DNA of 64,000 nucleotides from an uncultured Candidatus Binatia bacterium (GTDB lineage Bacteria > Desulfobacterota > Binatia > UBA9968 > JAJDTQ01): positions 3,392,001 through 3,456,000 of the forward strand of contig OZ243916.1 of the NCBI GenBank assembly GCA_965213675.1, read 5' to 3'. The translations under genes were made by a program, and so were the position numbers. Of the stretch, positions 9,314 to 18,407 are shown piece by piece. The notes under the pieces were generated by a model, which was not told the DNA's origin, ran no database searches, and saw only the letters and a program-made list of their open reading frames with translations. Within the stretch, counting starts at the first letter, position 1. The number at the start of each line of letters is the position of its first letter.

Positions 9314-11230
9314 ATGACACCTCACGCCCGTGGCCAAGCCGCTACTCCCCCCGTCGAAGCCCCGCATGCACGGCCTCGTCTTCTCCGTCTCCTGACTTGT
9401 GCACTGCCTTACGCGCTGGCCGCGGTGTTGGCCTTTGCGGTTCTGTTGTCCTTCGGCCTTGGCCGGGAGGGCGGGGCCGCCAGGCTGCTGACGGGTCCGG
9501 ACGACTTCATGCGCGTGGTGCAGGTCCTCGACTGGATCGACGGACAGGGGTGGAACGACATGGTGCAGCGGCGGCTCAACCCGCCCGCCGGCGTGGACAT
9601 GCACTGGTCGCGCCTCGCCGACCTGCCTCTCGCGGCGGTCATCACGCTGGCCGAACCGTGGCTCGGCCGCGCTAGAGCGGTGGATCTTGCGGTTGTGGTG
9701 GCGCCACCCCTGCTCGGCGGCGTGCTGGTGGCGCTGTTCCTCTGGGCCGCCGTTCCCTTGATCCCGAACCAGGCAGGCGCATTCCCGGCCGCGGTGTTGA
9801 CAACGCCGGCTCTGGTCGTCCCCTTGCTGCAAACGCTGCCGGGGCGGGTGGACCATCACGGTTTGCAACTGGTGCTGACCGCCGCGGGCATCGGATTCCT
9901 GATGCGGTGCCTGCTGTCTCGAAGACCCTGGACGGCGGTGGGACTCGGGGTGACTGGCGGCGTGTCGCTGGCCGTGGGTCTCGAACCCCTGCCCTTCCTG
10001 GGAGCCGCCACCGTCATCCTGTGCCTTGCGTGGGTCTTGCGCAGCGGGTCTGCGGCCAAGGCGTTGACCTGCTTCGGCGCGGCCTTGGCGGCGACCTCCC
10101 TCGTCTTCCTGTTTCTCACTCTGCCTCCGGCCGCATGGGCGACCGTCGCCTGTGATCGCCTGTCTCTTCCCCACATCGCACTGGCCGGGACTGTCCTGGC
10201 GGCGGGCGCCGGCGCCCACGCGCTCGGGCGTCTGCGGCCCAAAGCGGGATGGCCCTTGCGGTTGGCCACGGTCGCGGCTGTGGGCATGGCCGGCCTCGCC
10301 TGGGTGGCCGGCGCCTATCCGCAGTGCGCGGGGAGTCCTCACTCCAGCTTTTCCCACGACATACGCTTCTGGCTCGATCACGTGGTCGAAGCGCGATCAC
10401 TTGTCGATCTCTTTCTGCAAGAACCGGGAACTGCCGTCGCCGCCGTCAGTCTGCCGCTCGCGGCGCTGGTTGCCGTGGGCTGGTCGTGGACGCGGGCGTC
10501 GGACCAGACGGACTCGCGGTGGCCCGGCATGGCCCTGCTGGTGCTGTCGGGCGTGGCGCTGGTTGCCTGGCAGAACCGGGGGGTAGCCTATGCCGGACTG
10601 GTGGCGAGCATCGCCCTGGTTCCGCTGGTGTCGGTAGTCAACGGACAGGTGGATGGTTTGGAAAGGGTGCTGGCGAGGATAGGGTTACGGATTTGTATTC
10701 CGCTGTTGTTGATGCTCGCCGTCGCTTTGCCGCCGCGACTGTTGCCGGGCTCGACCCGCGCGGCTGAGACGGGCAACAACCCTGAATGCGAGGTCCTGCC
10801 CGTGCTTCAAGCGCTCAACGATCCCGCGGGTTTGGGCGCCTCGGTACGGACGATTGCGGCGCCCATCGACGTGGGGCCGCGAATCCTGTTGTTCACGCCC
10901 CACAAGGTTCTGGCCGCATCCTATCATCGCAACGTCGAGGGGCTGACCCACAACCGCCGCATCTTCGCCGGCGCCGAGGATGAGGCGCTCGCCACCATAA
11001 AGGCGCGCGGCGTCGATGCGATCCTGTTCTGCTCCAGGAACAAGGCCGGGCCGGGTTACAAGGGCCAGCCAGTCTTCCTCGACGACCGGCTTGCCTCCGG
11101 GAATCCGCCCTGGTGGCTCCTCCCCGTCACGGCCCGGGATGGAACGGCGCTGTATCGGGTTCATCCGGACGTTATTCAGGCAGGTTCGGGTTCCGCCGCG
11201 AGGCTGTGGATGCCGAGCCGGTGGCGATGA
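9314..11230 (+). CDS. Multi-TM membrane protein, probable GT-C fold glycosyltransferase
   Basis: Acidic DD motif in the first loop (GPDDFMRVVQV...MHWSRLAD), DHH motif, about 12 TMs and a C-terminal soluble domain; follows a GT2. Confidence 0.65.
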   Translation: MTPHARGQAATPPVEAPHARPRLLRLLTCALPYALAAVLAFAVLLSFGLGREGGAARLLTGPDDFMRVVQVLDWIDGQGWNDMVQRRLNPPAGVDMHWSRLADLPLAAVITLAEPWLGRARAVDLAVVVAPPLLGGVLVALFLWAAVPLIPNQAGAFPAAVLTTPALVVPLLQTLPGRVDHHGLQLVLTAAGIGFLMRCLLSRRPWTAVGLGVTGGVSLAVGLEPLPFLGAATVILCLAWVLRSGSAAKALTCFGAALAATSLVFLFLTLPPAAWATVACDRLSLPHIALAGTVLAAGAGAHALGRLRPKAGWPLRLATVAAVGMAGLAWVAGAYPQCAGSPHSSFSHDIRFWLDHVVEARSLVDLFLQEPGTAVAAVSLPLAALVAVGWSWTRASDQTDSRWPGMALLVLSGVALVAWQNRGVAYAGLVASIALVPLVSVVNGQVDGLERVLARIGLRICIPLLLMLAVALPPRLLPGSTRAAETGNNPECEVLPVLQALNDPAGLGASVRTIAAPIDVGPRILLFTPHKVLAASYHRNVEGLTHNRRIFAGAEDEALATIKARGVDAILFCSRNKAGPGYKGQPVFLDDRLASGNPPWWLLPVTARDGTALYRVHPDVIQAGSGSAARLWMPSRWR

Positions 11231-11504
11231 TCGACGGTACGTTGGACGCGGACGTGACAGTGGAGTTGGAGGACGCCGCCAAACGCTCCTTGAGAGTCCG
11301 GAACCTGGCTTCATCCAGCCCAGTGGCCGACTCGATCACGTCCCAGGCCACTCCGACCTTCAAAAAGCCCTCCACCGTTTCGACCTTGCCGTGTCGGACG
11401 CCCTGTTGAATGCCCTCTCGAATGCCGCGCTGCATTCCTTCTTTGAGGCCTTGAGCTTTGCCTTCCTCTCGGCCTTCCGCGAGAAGTTCGTGAGCATATG
11501 CCAT
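11172..11504 (-). CDS. Putative internally initiated small Rpn C-terminal protein (RpnS-like), copy 2
   Basis: In-frame ATG preceded by AGGAAGGAGACACC. Confidence 0.55.
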   Translation of the reverse strand: MAYAHELLAEGREEGKAQGLKEGMQRGIREGIQQGVRHGKVETVEGFLKVGVAWDVIESATGLDEARFRTLKERLAASSNSTVTSASNVPSIIATGSASTASRRNPNLPE

Positions 11505-12248
11505 GGTGTCTCCTTCCTGGCCGCTTTCACGCCGCTTCAGCGCCGTGGTGAAGGTCTCCCACGTCGCGCGGTCCTGTGTTGCCATCACATATAGAACGAA
11601 TAACCCAAATGGGCTTCCCGCGCCACCCGATCCCAGCGACGCCAGCAGCCCCGCAGCCCCTTCCAATGCCGCCCGAGCATGCCTTCCGGCCGCAGCCATC
11701 ATCAACAATTGCGCGATGCGGCCCGCGACCCCGCCTTCCACGCTTTCGGGCTCCAGCTCCGTCTGGTCCATCAGCACGTGCTCGAACCGGGGCACCCACG
11801 GCCATCCCCGAACCTCCTCTCGGAACAGGTCCGCGAACTCCGTAGAATGTTGCCACCCCCGGCTCCCTTGGTACAACACCAACGGCAGGATGGGCGACAA
11901 TTTCGTGAGCCCGGGCTCGTCCCGCCGTTCCGCATCCCAGATGCGGCAACAATACTTCAGCAACCGGAACCGCATCCACGCATCGGGAGTCGATTGGTGC
12001 TCGAACAGCAGGTAGAACCGCACCGGGCGTACTTTGTCCCCATAGCCCGCCTCGAAGAGCAGATCGGTTTCGCTTTCCCGCAGGGCGTCGTCGATGAAGG
12101 TGCCGTCGATGAGCCGGAGGCTGTCCCAATGGACCTTGTCCGAGACGTCCCGTGGCAGGGCCGAGCGGAGCAGGTCGGCGGTTTCCTTGGCATCGGAGAA
12201 GACGGCGCGGAACAGCCGGTCATGGGGGTGTTCGATTTCTGCCGCCAT
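11172..12248 (-). CDS. Rpn family recombination-promoting nuclease/putative transposase (YhgA-like), copy 2, intact
   Basis: HPHDRLF, ETDLLF, LFEHQS and PLVLYQG motifs; EG-repeat C-terminus. Confidence 0.9.
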   Translation of the reverse strand: MAAEIEHPHDRLFRAVFSDAKETADLLRSALPRDVSDKVHWDSLRLIDGTFIDDALRESETDLLFEAGYGDKVRPVRFYLLFEHQSTPDAWMRFRLLKYCCRIWDAERRDEPGLTKLSPILPLVLYQGSRGWQHSTEFADLFREEVRGWPWVPRFEHVLMDQTELEPESVEGGVAGRIAQLLMMAAAGRHARAALEGAAGLLASLGSGGAGSPFGLFVLYVMATQDRATWETFTTALKRRESGQEGDTMAYAHELLAEGREEGKAQGLKEGMQRGIREGIQQGVRHGKVETVEGFLKVGVAWDVIESATGLDEARFRTLKERLAASSNSTVTSASNVPSIIATGSASTASRRNPNLPE

Positions 12249-12812
12249 GCAGGACCCTCCCGGACGTGAACGAGAGTGACGGGGATTGGAACATCCCTGT
12301 CCTGTAGACAGGAATCGGCAGGGCGCGGCGGAACTTTAGGTTCATGTCCGGGCGAGTCGTCCAGCGGGTCTTGGCGGTTTCTCGACGTAGTCTGTGTCAA
12401 GACTTCACTTGAACGGGAAACGGCACGGCCAACTCTGCAGCACATTTGCGCCGGTTGCATCGTGGTGGCCACGTGAACTAACTTGAACTGTTCCTGATTC
12501 ATGCCTCCGCGACGCACGACATGTCTGCAGTAGGAGCGTCGGACTGGGCGGGGCGCCGCCACGGAGGGGGTCCGGGGAGGAGCGGTTCGGTTGCGGTCGA
12601 AAGCGCATTCGTAGTTGTGGCGTGGGTGGCCACGCTACCGCTCTGGTTGGCCCCTGCGGCCATTATCGCCGAGGCTTCCGAAACGCGTTTCAGCATGGCG
12701 CGATGGGCGTAGGGGTTACGCGGTGCGTAGAGTACTTCGTCTTGACAACGACAATCTCTCGCGAAATGTACAACGGGTGGCCAGGGTGGGGCAGCGCCTG
12801 CGGCGATTGCCC

Positions 12813-14663
12813 ATGCTGCTCGTGGTCGCGATTCTGACGGTGTTGTTACAAGTCTTGTTCGGTGGACTGAACCCTGAAGGACTGGCTCCTCATCAATACA
12901 TCAAGCAAAAGACGGGTGATATTTTCTCATGGCTACCCTTGGTGGAGGCATTCCTTGAAACTGGTCGTTGGAGTCCCTTTCTTCCGCTTCACAATGCCCC
13001 TTACGGTCTGGAAACACACCTGACCCGACCCTTTGCCGAGTTCGTGCGAGTCCTGGCTTTGCCGGTTGGATTGTTTCTGCCTCCGAAAGAGACGGCGTTG
13101 GTTGCGGGTATGGTGTCATCTCCAATACTTCAGGTTGTGACGGCCGTGTTGGTGGCTTGGGGGGCTAGCACCGTTCTTAGTTCGATGGGGGCAATGCTTG
13201 CAGCGGCGGCCTTTCTGATGAACACGAGGTCGACGTTCAGCGTTTACCAATACGATCATCACGGGTTGCACTTATGCCTGGAAGCCGCCGTGATCGTACT
13301 GTTGATGCGTCATGCCGTTGGGTTTGGACGAGCGGGATGGTTGGCGGCTGCAGCGGGCGCGGTGGCTGCCATCGGGATATGGGCGGGGACGGAGATGCTG
13401 CTCACCGCTTGTGCTGGCGGTCTCGCCTTGGGGCTTGCGTGGGTTCTTTGGGGCGGCCACCGGCGCGCTCAAGGACTATGGCGTTACACTTGTACACTGG
13501 CCGTCGTACTTGCCTGTTCCCTCGCTGTCGAGCATTCGCCGGAAGACTGGATGTCGGTGGAACTGGACCGCCTCTCAGGGGTGCATGTCTTGCTGGCGGC
13601 TCTGCTCGTCAGCTCGGCTGGTTCGGTTGCGTTGGCGCAACGGTTCTGGCCCCATCTTGGCGGCATCCTGCGTGGAATGGTGGCCACGTTTGCCGTGGTA
13701 TGCGCGGGGCTCAGTCTCTGGGCCATCGTCCCGGATTTCTTTCGTGGTCCCTACGCAGCCGTCGACGCATTGGTTCAGGAATCCTTGTGGGGCATCGTAG
13801 GAGAACGCCCCGCATGGTCGCTATTTGCTGCAACCCCCGCTCTTGCAGGCTACTACCTACTTCCGTTTCTCCTGGCGGCGGCGTGTGCGACTCAGGGTCT
13901 GCAGGGTGGGCGGGGCAAGCAGCGTGAGGCGTGGTTGATTATCCTGATCGCCATGGCGACTGGGCTTCTCGCAGCTTTTTGGAAGGCTCGACTCATTCGC
14001 CACTCTTTGCTGTTTATTGCCATTCCTCTCGGCGGGGCAGCGGCGTTGCTCGGGTTGCAGGTCTGGAACCGAATGCCCAGGGAGTTACGCCCCGCAGCAG
14101 GGTTTGCGGTCCTCGGCATCATACTTTCGCCGTATGTGGGCCTGGTCGTGGGGGATTTCGCCGTAAAAGCAGACAGTGTGGATCGCTTCTGGGAGTCTGT
14201 TTCGAATCAGGAAGCCTGCGATTGGAGATCGTTGGGCAGTGCAGTGGCCCGCATGCCGCAGTTGCGTGGGGGTACGATCGTGACCGAACCCCATCACGGC
14301 GCGGACCTCGCTTACCTTAGCGGCGTGGGAGTCGTCGCAACCGGTTGCCACTGCAACGGCGAGGGACTGACCGACGCACTCGCCATCTTCGTGTCGGCGC
14401 CCGATGCGGCCCGCACACTGGCTCAGAGGCGAGACGTCGAATTCATCATGCAGTGCCCTGCCGCACGCGGGGTACACGGGCACGACTGGTACATCGCGCG
14501 CTCAGGTCCGGACGGCCTGTACGCGCGCTTGGCACGGGGACGGCCGCCGGATTGGCTCATTCCGGTGCCGGTATCCGAAATCGGGGTGGAGGGTTTTGTT
14601 ATCCATCGTACGACTTTCACAGAGTCCACCCGTACGCGTGTATCGCCAGTGCCGGTGGAGTGA
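12813..14663 (+). CDS. Multi-TM membrane protein, diverged paralogue of 9314-11230 (GT-C-like)
   Basis: Shares the DHHGL motif, TM layout and C-terminal L..G..P.WL.PV motif; start uncertain (12615-12813). Confidence 0.6.
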   Translation: MLLVVAILTVLLQVLFGGLNPEGLAPHQYIKQKTGDIFSWLPLVEAFLETGRWSPFLPLHNAPYGLETHLTRPFAEFVRVLALPVGLFLPPKETALVAGMVSSPILQVVTAVLVAWGASTVLSSMGAMLAAAAFLMNTRSTFSVYQYDHHGLHLCLEAAVIVLLMRHAVGFGRAGWLAAAAGAVAAIGIWAGTEMLLTACAGGLALGLAWVLWGGHRRAQGLWRYTCTLAVVLACSLAVEHSPEDWMSVELDRLSGVHVLLAALLVSSAGSVALAQRFWPHLGGILRGMVATFAVVCAGLSLWAIVPDFFRGPYAAVDALVQESLWGIVGERPAWSLFAATPALAGYYLLPFLLAAACATQGLQGGRGKQREAWLIILIAMATGLLAAFWKARLIRHSLLFIAIPLGGAAALLGLQVWNRMPRELRPAAGFAVLGIILSPYVGLVVGDFAVKADSVDRFWESVSNQEACDWRSLGSAVARMPQLRGGTIVTEPHHGADLAYLSGVGVVATGCHCNGEGLTDALAIFVSAPDAARTLAQRRDVEFIMQCPAARGVHGHDWYIARSGPDGLYARLARGRPPDWLIPVPVSEIGVEGFVIHRTTFTESTRTRVSPVPVE

Positions 14664-14738
14664 GTCCCGCGTCCCGCTGGAGGCTGACTGGTAACCGACT
14701 GTTGCGGGCGTGCGGCCATCTATGTGGGAGGTCGGTCG

Positions 14739-15722
14739 TTACCCGGATTCGTGCATCCCGCCCCGGTCTCCACGCAAACGAGGATGAAGAGGGCGGTCGG
14801 GCTGTCGTTGTACGTCGTGCCGAAGAAACTCCATCAGCATCGGCGTGCCCAGCAGAATCGGGAGTCCCGCCAGCATGACGGTGCCGGCCGTGGCAGGTTC
14901 GTTTGTCGTCACCCATTGCCAAGATCCGAAGAGAACGCCGAACAGTACGGAGACGCTTCCAACAACCAGGAGCATGGACGGCAAGCCGAACCCACGCAAG
15001 AAGTAGCAGTACGTCAGGCGCTTCACCAGGTTCCGAAGAGACTTGAGGGCGAACGGCAACGCCAAACGCCACAAACGGACGCCGCTCAGGGCGTCCTTCA
15101 TGTAGATCGCATCCACTGGCACCTCGACTACCTTGGCCGTCAACATGCCCACGCGAAAGAGCAGATCGGTCTCGAAGAAATAGCCTTGGTCGATCCCTTG
15201 CCACGGCAGGCGGCCGACAATCTTCCGATGGATTGCGAGGAAGCCATTGGCAGGATCGAAGAGGTTCCAGTATCCCGTCGCGGGTTTGGAAAGGAAAGAA
15301 AGCGCCATGTTCGCAACCAGCCTTCGGGGCGGCATGGAACGGATGCAATCATCGAGGTTGATGAACCTGTTTCCCTTCACCATGTCGGCCTCTCCGCACG
15401 CGATGGGCGAAACCAGTTCGGGAACCCACTCGGGGTCGTGTTGCCCGTCGCCATCGAGCTTGACAATGATCTCCGCGCCAGTTTCGAACGCTGCGCGGAA
15501 GCCGGCCACGGTGGCACCACCGACTCCGAGATTTTGCTCATTGGAGATTACGCGAACCCTGGGATCCGCGACGTTTTCCCGCACCAACCGCCCAGTTCCC
15601 TCGGGACAGCAGTCGTCCACGACAAATATCCAGGAGACGAAATCGTCGAAACGGGACAGCAGATCGAGGATCGAGTTGCTGGTCCTGTAAGCTGGAATGA
15701 CAACTGCCACGGATGTGTGCAT
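14739..15722 (-). CDS. GT2 glycosyltransferase (polyprenol-phosphate glycosyltransferase-like)
   Basis: VAVVIPAY, VDDCCP, NLGVGGA, KLDGDGQHDP and YFFETD motifs; two C-terminal TMs. Confidence 0.9.
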   Translation of the reverse strand: MHTSVAVVIPAYRTSNSILDLLSRFDDFVSWIFVVDDCCPEGTGRLVRENVADPRVRVISNEQNLGVGGATVAGFRAAFETGAEIIVKLDGDGQHDPEWVPELVSPIACGEADMVKGNRFINLDDCIRSMPPRRLVANMALSFLSKPATGYWNLFDPANGFLAIHRKIVGRLPWQGIDQGYFFETDLLFRVGMLTAKVVEVPVDAIYMKDALSGVRLWRLALPFALKSLRNLVKRLTYCYFLRGFGLPSMLLVVGSVSVLFGVLFGSWQWVTTNEPATAGTVMLAGLPILLGTPMLMEFLRHDVQRQPDRPLHPRLRGDRGGMHESG

Positions 15723-15899
15723 GGCGCCTCAAGTCATACATCAGATCGCACAATATTGCCGACCGTGATGCATTTCAGGATATGGGGTTGGCGCAGCCTT
15801 GACCGGAGCGATAAACTCCGGGACGTCAAAGGACAGCGAGCACGGCCCACAGATAAGGGAAGTAACACAACGGCGAACCCGGGTACCAATGGCGTACGG

Positions 15900-18407
15900 A
15901 TGGACCGGACGATAGGCAAATTCGTGGCTACATTACAGCGATTGGCGTTGTGGGCTCAGGCATCCGAGGGGCGGCAGGGGCGAGGGCTCGTCTTGCTCGT
16001 CCTCGTGGCGTATTTCCCCGCGTTTTCGGGCGGTTTCGTGTGGGATGACTGGATCCTGGTCACGGAGCCGCTTGTACGCCGTCTTGATGGGATTGTCTCC
16101 ATCTGGCTCTCCCCGGCGGAGGTCAGGCACGAAGGGCACTACTGGCCTGTCGTCTACACGAGCTTTTGGATTGAGCACAAGCTTTGGGGACTTCACCCTG
16201 CCGGGTACCACGCGGTCAACATTCTGTTGCACGCACTGACCTCGTTAATGATCTGGCGTCTGCTGGTCCGCTTGGCAGTTCCCGGCGCGTGGCTTGTGGC
16301 GGCGGTGTTCGCGGTTCACCCGGTGCACGTAGAGTCGGTGGCATGGATCATTGAGCGGAAGGATCTTCTCTCTGCTGTCTTCTATCTTGGAGGGGTCCAT
16401 GTATGGCTTCGGTTCACCGAGACGCGGGATCTGGCACGGTACCTTCTCTGCTTGGTGCTTTTCGTAGCGGCGTTGCTCTCGAAGTCCATCGCGGTAACCC
16501 TGCCTGCTGCCCTTGTGTTGATTCAGTGGTGGCGGGCGGGGCGCGTTACGTGGCGCGATGCCAAGTGCTTGGCACCGCTGTTCGCAGTCGCACTGGCCAT
16601 CACACTCACCGATATCGCCTTCTATCGCGATCAGGTCGACTCCAGCTTCGATTACACGTGGGTGGAGCGCGTTCTGATAGCGACCCGTGCCCTGTGGGGC
16701 TACGCTTGGAAGCTGGTGTGGCCGGTGTCTTTGCCCGTGTTCTATCCCCGGTGGGAGGTGTACGCGAGCGATGTACCCGGTTGGCTCGGGCTTGCCTTGC
16801 TGGTCACCATTGGGGTGTCGCTGTGGATTGCGCGGCATCGGATAGGGCGCGGGCCTTTCGCCGGTGCGCTCTTTTTCGTCGTAACCCTCTCGCCGGTCCT
16901 GGGGTTCGTGGATTTCAGGTTCATGGACATCGCCTTCGTTGCGGACCGCTTCCAGTACTTGGCGAGCATCGGTCCAATCGCCGTCCTGCTGGCCGTCGCA
17001 GTCTACCGGGTGGCTCAACTCGCCCCGATGGGCCGCATGGGAATGGCGGCGGCCGCCGTGGCCGTCGTCGTGGCGTTAAGCACTCTCACATGGCGTCAAT
17101 CCGGGATATACCGCGACGACCTCACGTTCGCGCGTCATGCCGTGAAGCTCAATCCGCAACACCACTTCGGACAGATATTGCTGGGCTACGCGCTGGCCTC
17201 CGAGGGGCGGCACGAGCGCGCTCTTGACGCGGCTAGGCGGGCAGTGGAGCTGTCGAAGGGTTTGAGAGGGATTGATTCGGCTGCGGCACATTTCGCGCTA
17301 GGGCGTATCTGGTTGGCCCAGGATCATCCTGTCCGGGCGGAGGCAGAACTTAGGCAGGCCTTGGCGCTGTCGATTCGCAACCGCCGACACGCCGTTCAAC
17401 TCGCGCTTGCGCGGTCGTTGGCCGTCCAAGCGCGCTACGAGGAGGCTTGGGCGCATTTCCGGGAACTCCGCATGGACGATCCCCGTAACGATTTGGCTCA
17501 CTCTGATGAGGGCCGTGCATTTCTCAAGGCCGGTCTCTGGGACGCGGCGGTCGAGTCGTTTGATCGCGCGATTGCTGTTGTGCGCGGCCCCGACGCCGAG
17601 CCCGGCCTGAATGCACTGGCGGGTGAGGCACTGCACAAGCTGGGTCGTCTGGACGCGGCGGCAGGGCGTTTTGGGGTAGCCCTCGCGTCAAGACCTGGTC
17701 ACATAAGATTCCTCCTCGCGCGTGCGGACCTGGAATCTGACCGACGCCGTGCGCGAGACCCGTGGCCGGGCGATGACGATCTCCTCATGCCGCACGTCCC
17801 TGGTGCTCGCGTCGGTGCAACGGTGCCGGGAGCCGACACCTGGCTCTCCAAAGCAAGGGAGTCGTGCAACACGCTGATCGGGCGAGAGCCGGAACACCCC
17901 CTCGTCCGAGTTTTACTAGGGGCGGTTTTGCTCCGAATGGGAGAATACGAGGCGGCGGAGGCGGCACTCGCCAAGGCTTTTTCGCTCGCCCCTGGCCGCC
18001 CGGTGGCTCGGGAAGCCCACCGTATTATGGGCGAGGTTCGCGAGAAGCAGAGACGGACGGAAGAAGCGGCGAGCCACTATCAAAAGGCGCTCGACATCTA
18101 TCCCTTGGACGCGGAGGCGCTAGAGCGTTTGGCGGCTTTGCGGTTCGTCCAGGGGCGCTATCAAGACGCCTTGCCTCTGTTTCATCAACTCGTCAAGGTC
18201 ATTCCTTTCGTGGCGCAGGCGCACTTCCAACTCGGCTTGACCTTGCGTCATTTGGGCCAGTTCTCAGAGGCTCTTCCAGTCCTGAAACGTGCTCTGGAAT
18301 TGGCAACCGGACTGGAGTCGGCGCGAAGCCTGGAGGCACGAATACGCGAGACGCTGGCGTCGACGGCTGACGCGGCTGGCGGTCCTCGGAACGAGCCGAG
18401 TTTCTGA
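15900..18407 (+). CDS. TMTC-like membrane glycosyltransferase with C-terminal TPR array, copy 1
   Basis: GFVWDD, GYHAVNILLH, FAVHPVHVESVAWIIERKD, LLSK and ADRFQYL motifs, followed by many TPRs. Confidence 0.82.
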   Translation: MDRTIGKFVATLQRLALWAQASEGRQGRGLVLLVLVAYFPAFSGGFVWDDWILVTEPLVRRLDGIVSIWLSPAEVRHEGHYWPVVYTSFWIEHKLWGLHPAGYHAVNILLHALTSLMIWRLLVRLAVPGAWLVAAVFAVHPVHVESVAWIIERKDLLSAVFYLGGVHVWLRFTETRDLARYLLCLVLFVAALLSKSIAVTLPAALVLIQWWRAGRVTWRDAKCLAPLFAVALAITLTDIAFYRDQVDSSFDYTWVERVLIATRALWGYAWKLVWPVSLPVFYPRWEVYASDVPGWLGLALLVTIGVSLWIARHRIGRGPFAGALFFVVTLSPVLGFVDFRFMDIAFVADRFQYLASIGPIAVLLAVAVYRVAQLAPMGRMGMAAAAVAVVVALSTLTWRQSGIYRDDLTFARHAVKLNPQHHFGQILLGYALASEGRHERALDAARRAVELSKGLRGIDSAAAHFALGRIWLAQDHPVRAEAELRQALALSIRNRRHAVQLALARSLAVQARYEEAWAHFRELRMDDPRNDLAHSDEGRAFLKAGLWDAAVESFDRAIAVVRGPDAEPGLNALAGEALHKLGRLDAAAGRFGVALASRPGHIRFLLARADLESDRRRARDPWPGDDDLLMPHVPGARVGATVPGADTWLSKARESCNTLIGREPEHPLVRVLLGAVLLRMGEYEAAEAALAKAFSLAPGRPVAREAHRIMGEVREKQRRTEEAASHYQKALDIYPLDAEALERLAALRFVQGRYQDALPLFHQLVKVIPFVAQAHFQLGLTLRHLGQFSEALPVLKRALELATGLESARSLEARIRETLASTADAAGGPRNEPSF

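Noticed and set aside
14724-15899. N-terminal 390 aa of the 1227-aa ORF
   Set aside because: It is the antisense shadow of the GT2 gene at 14739-15722; similarity to the paralogue starts near the ATG at 15900
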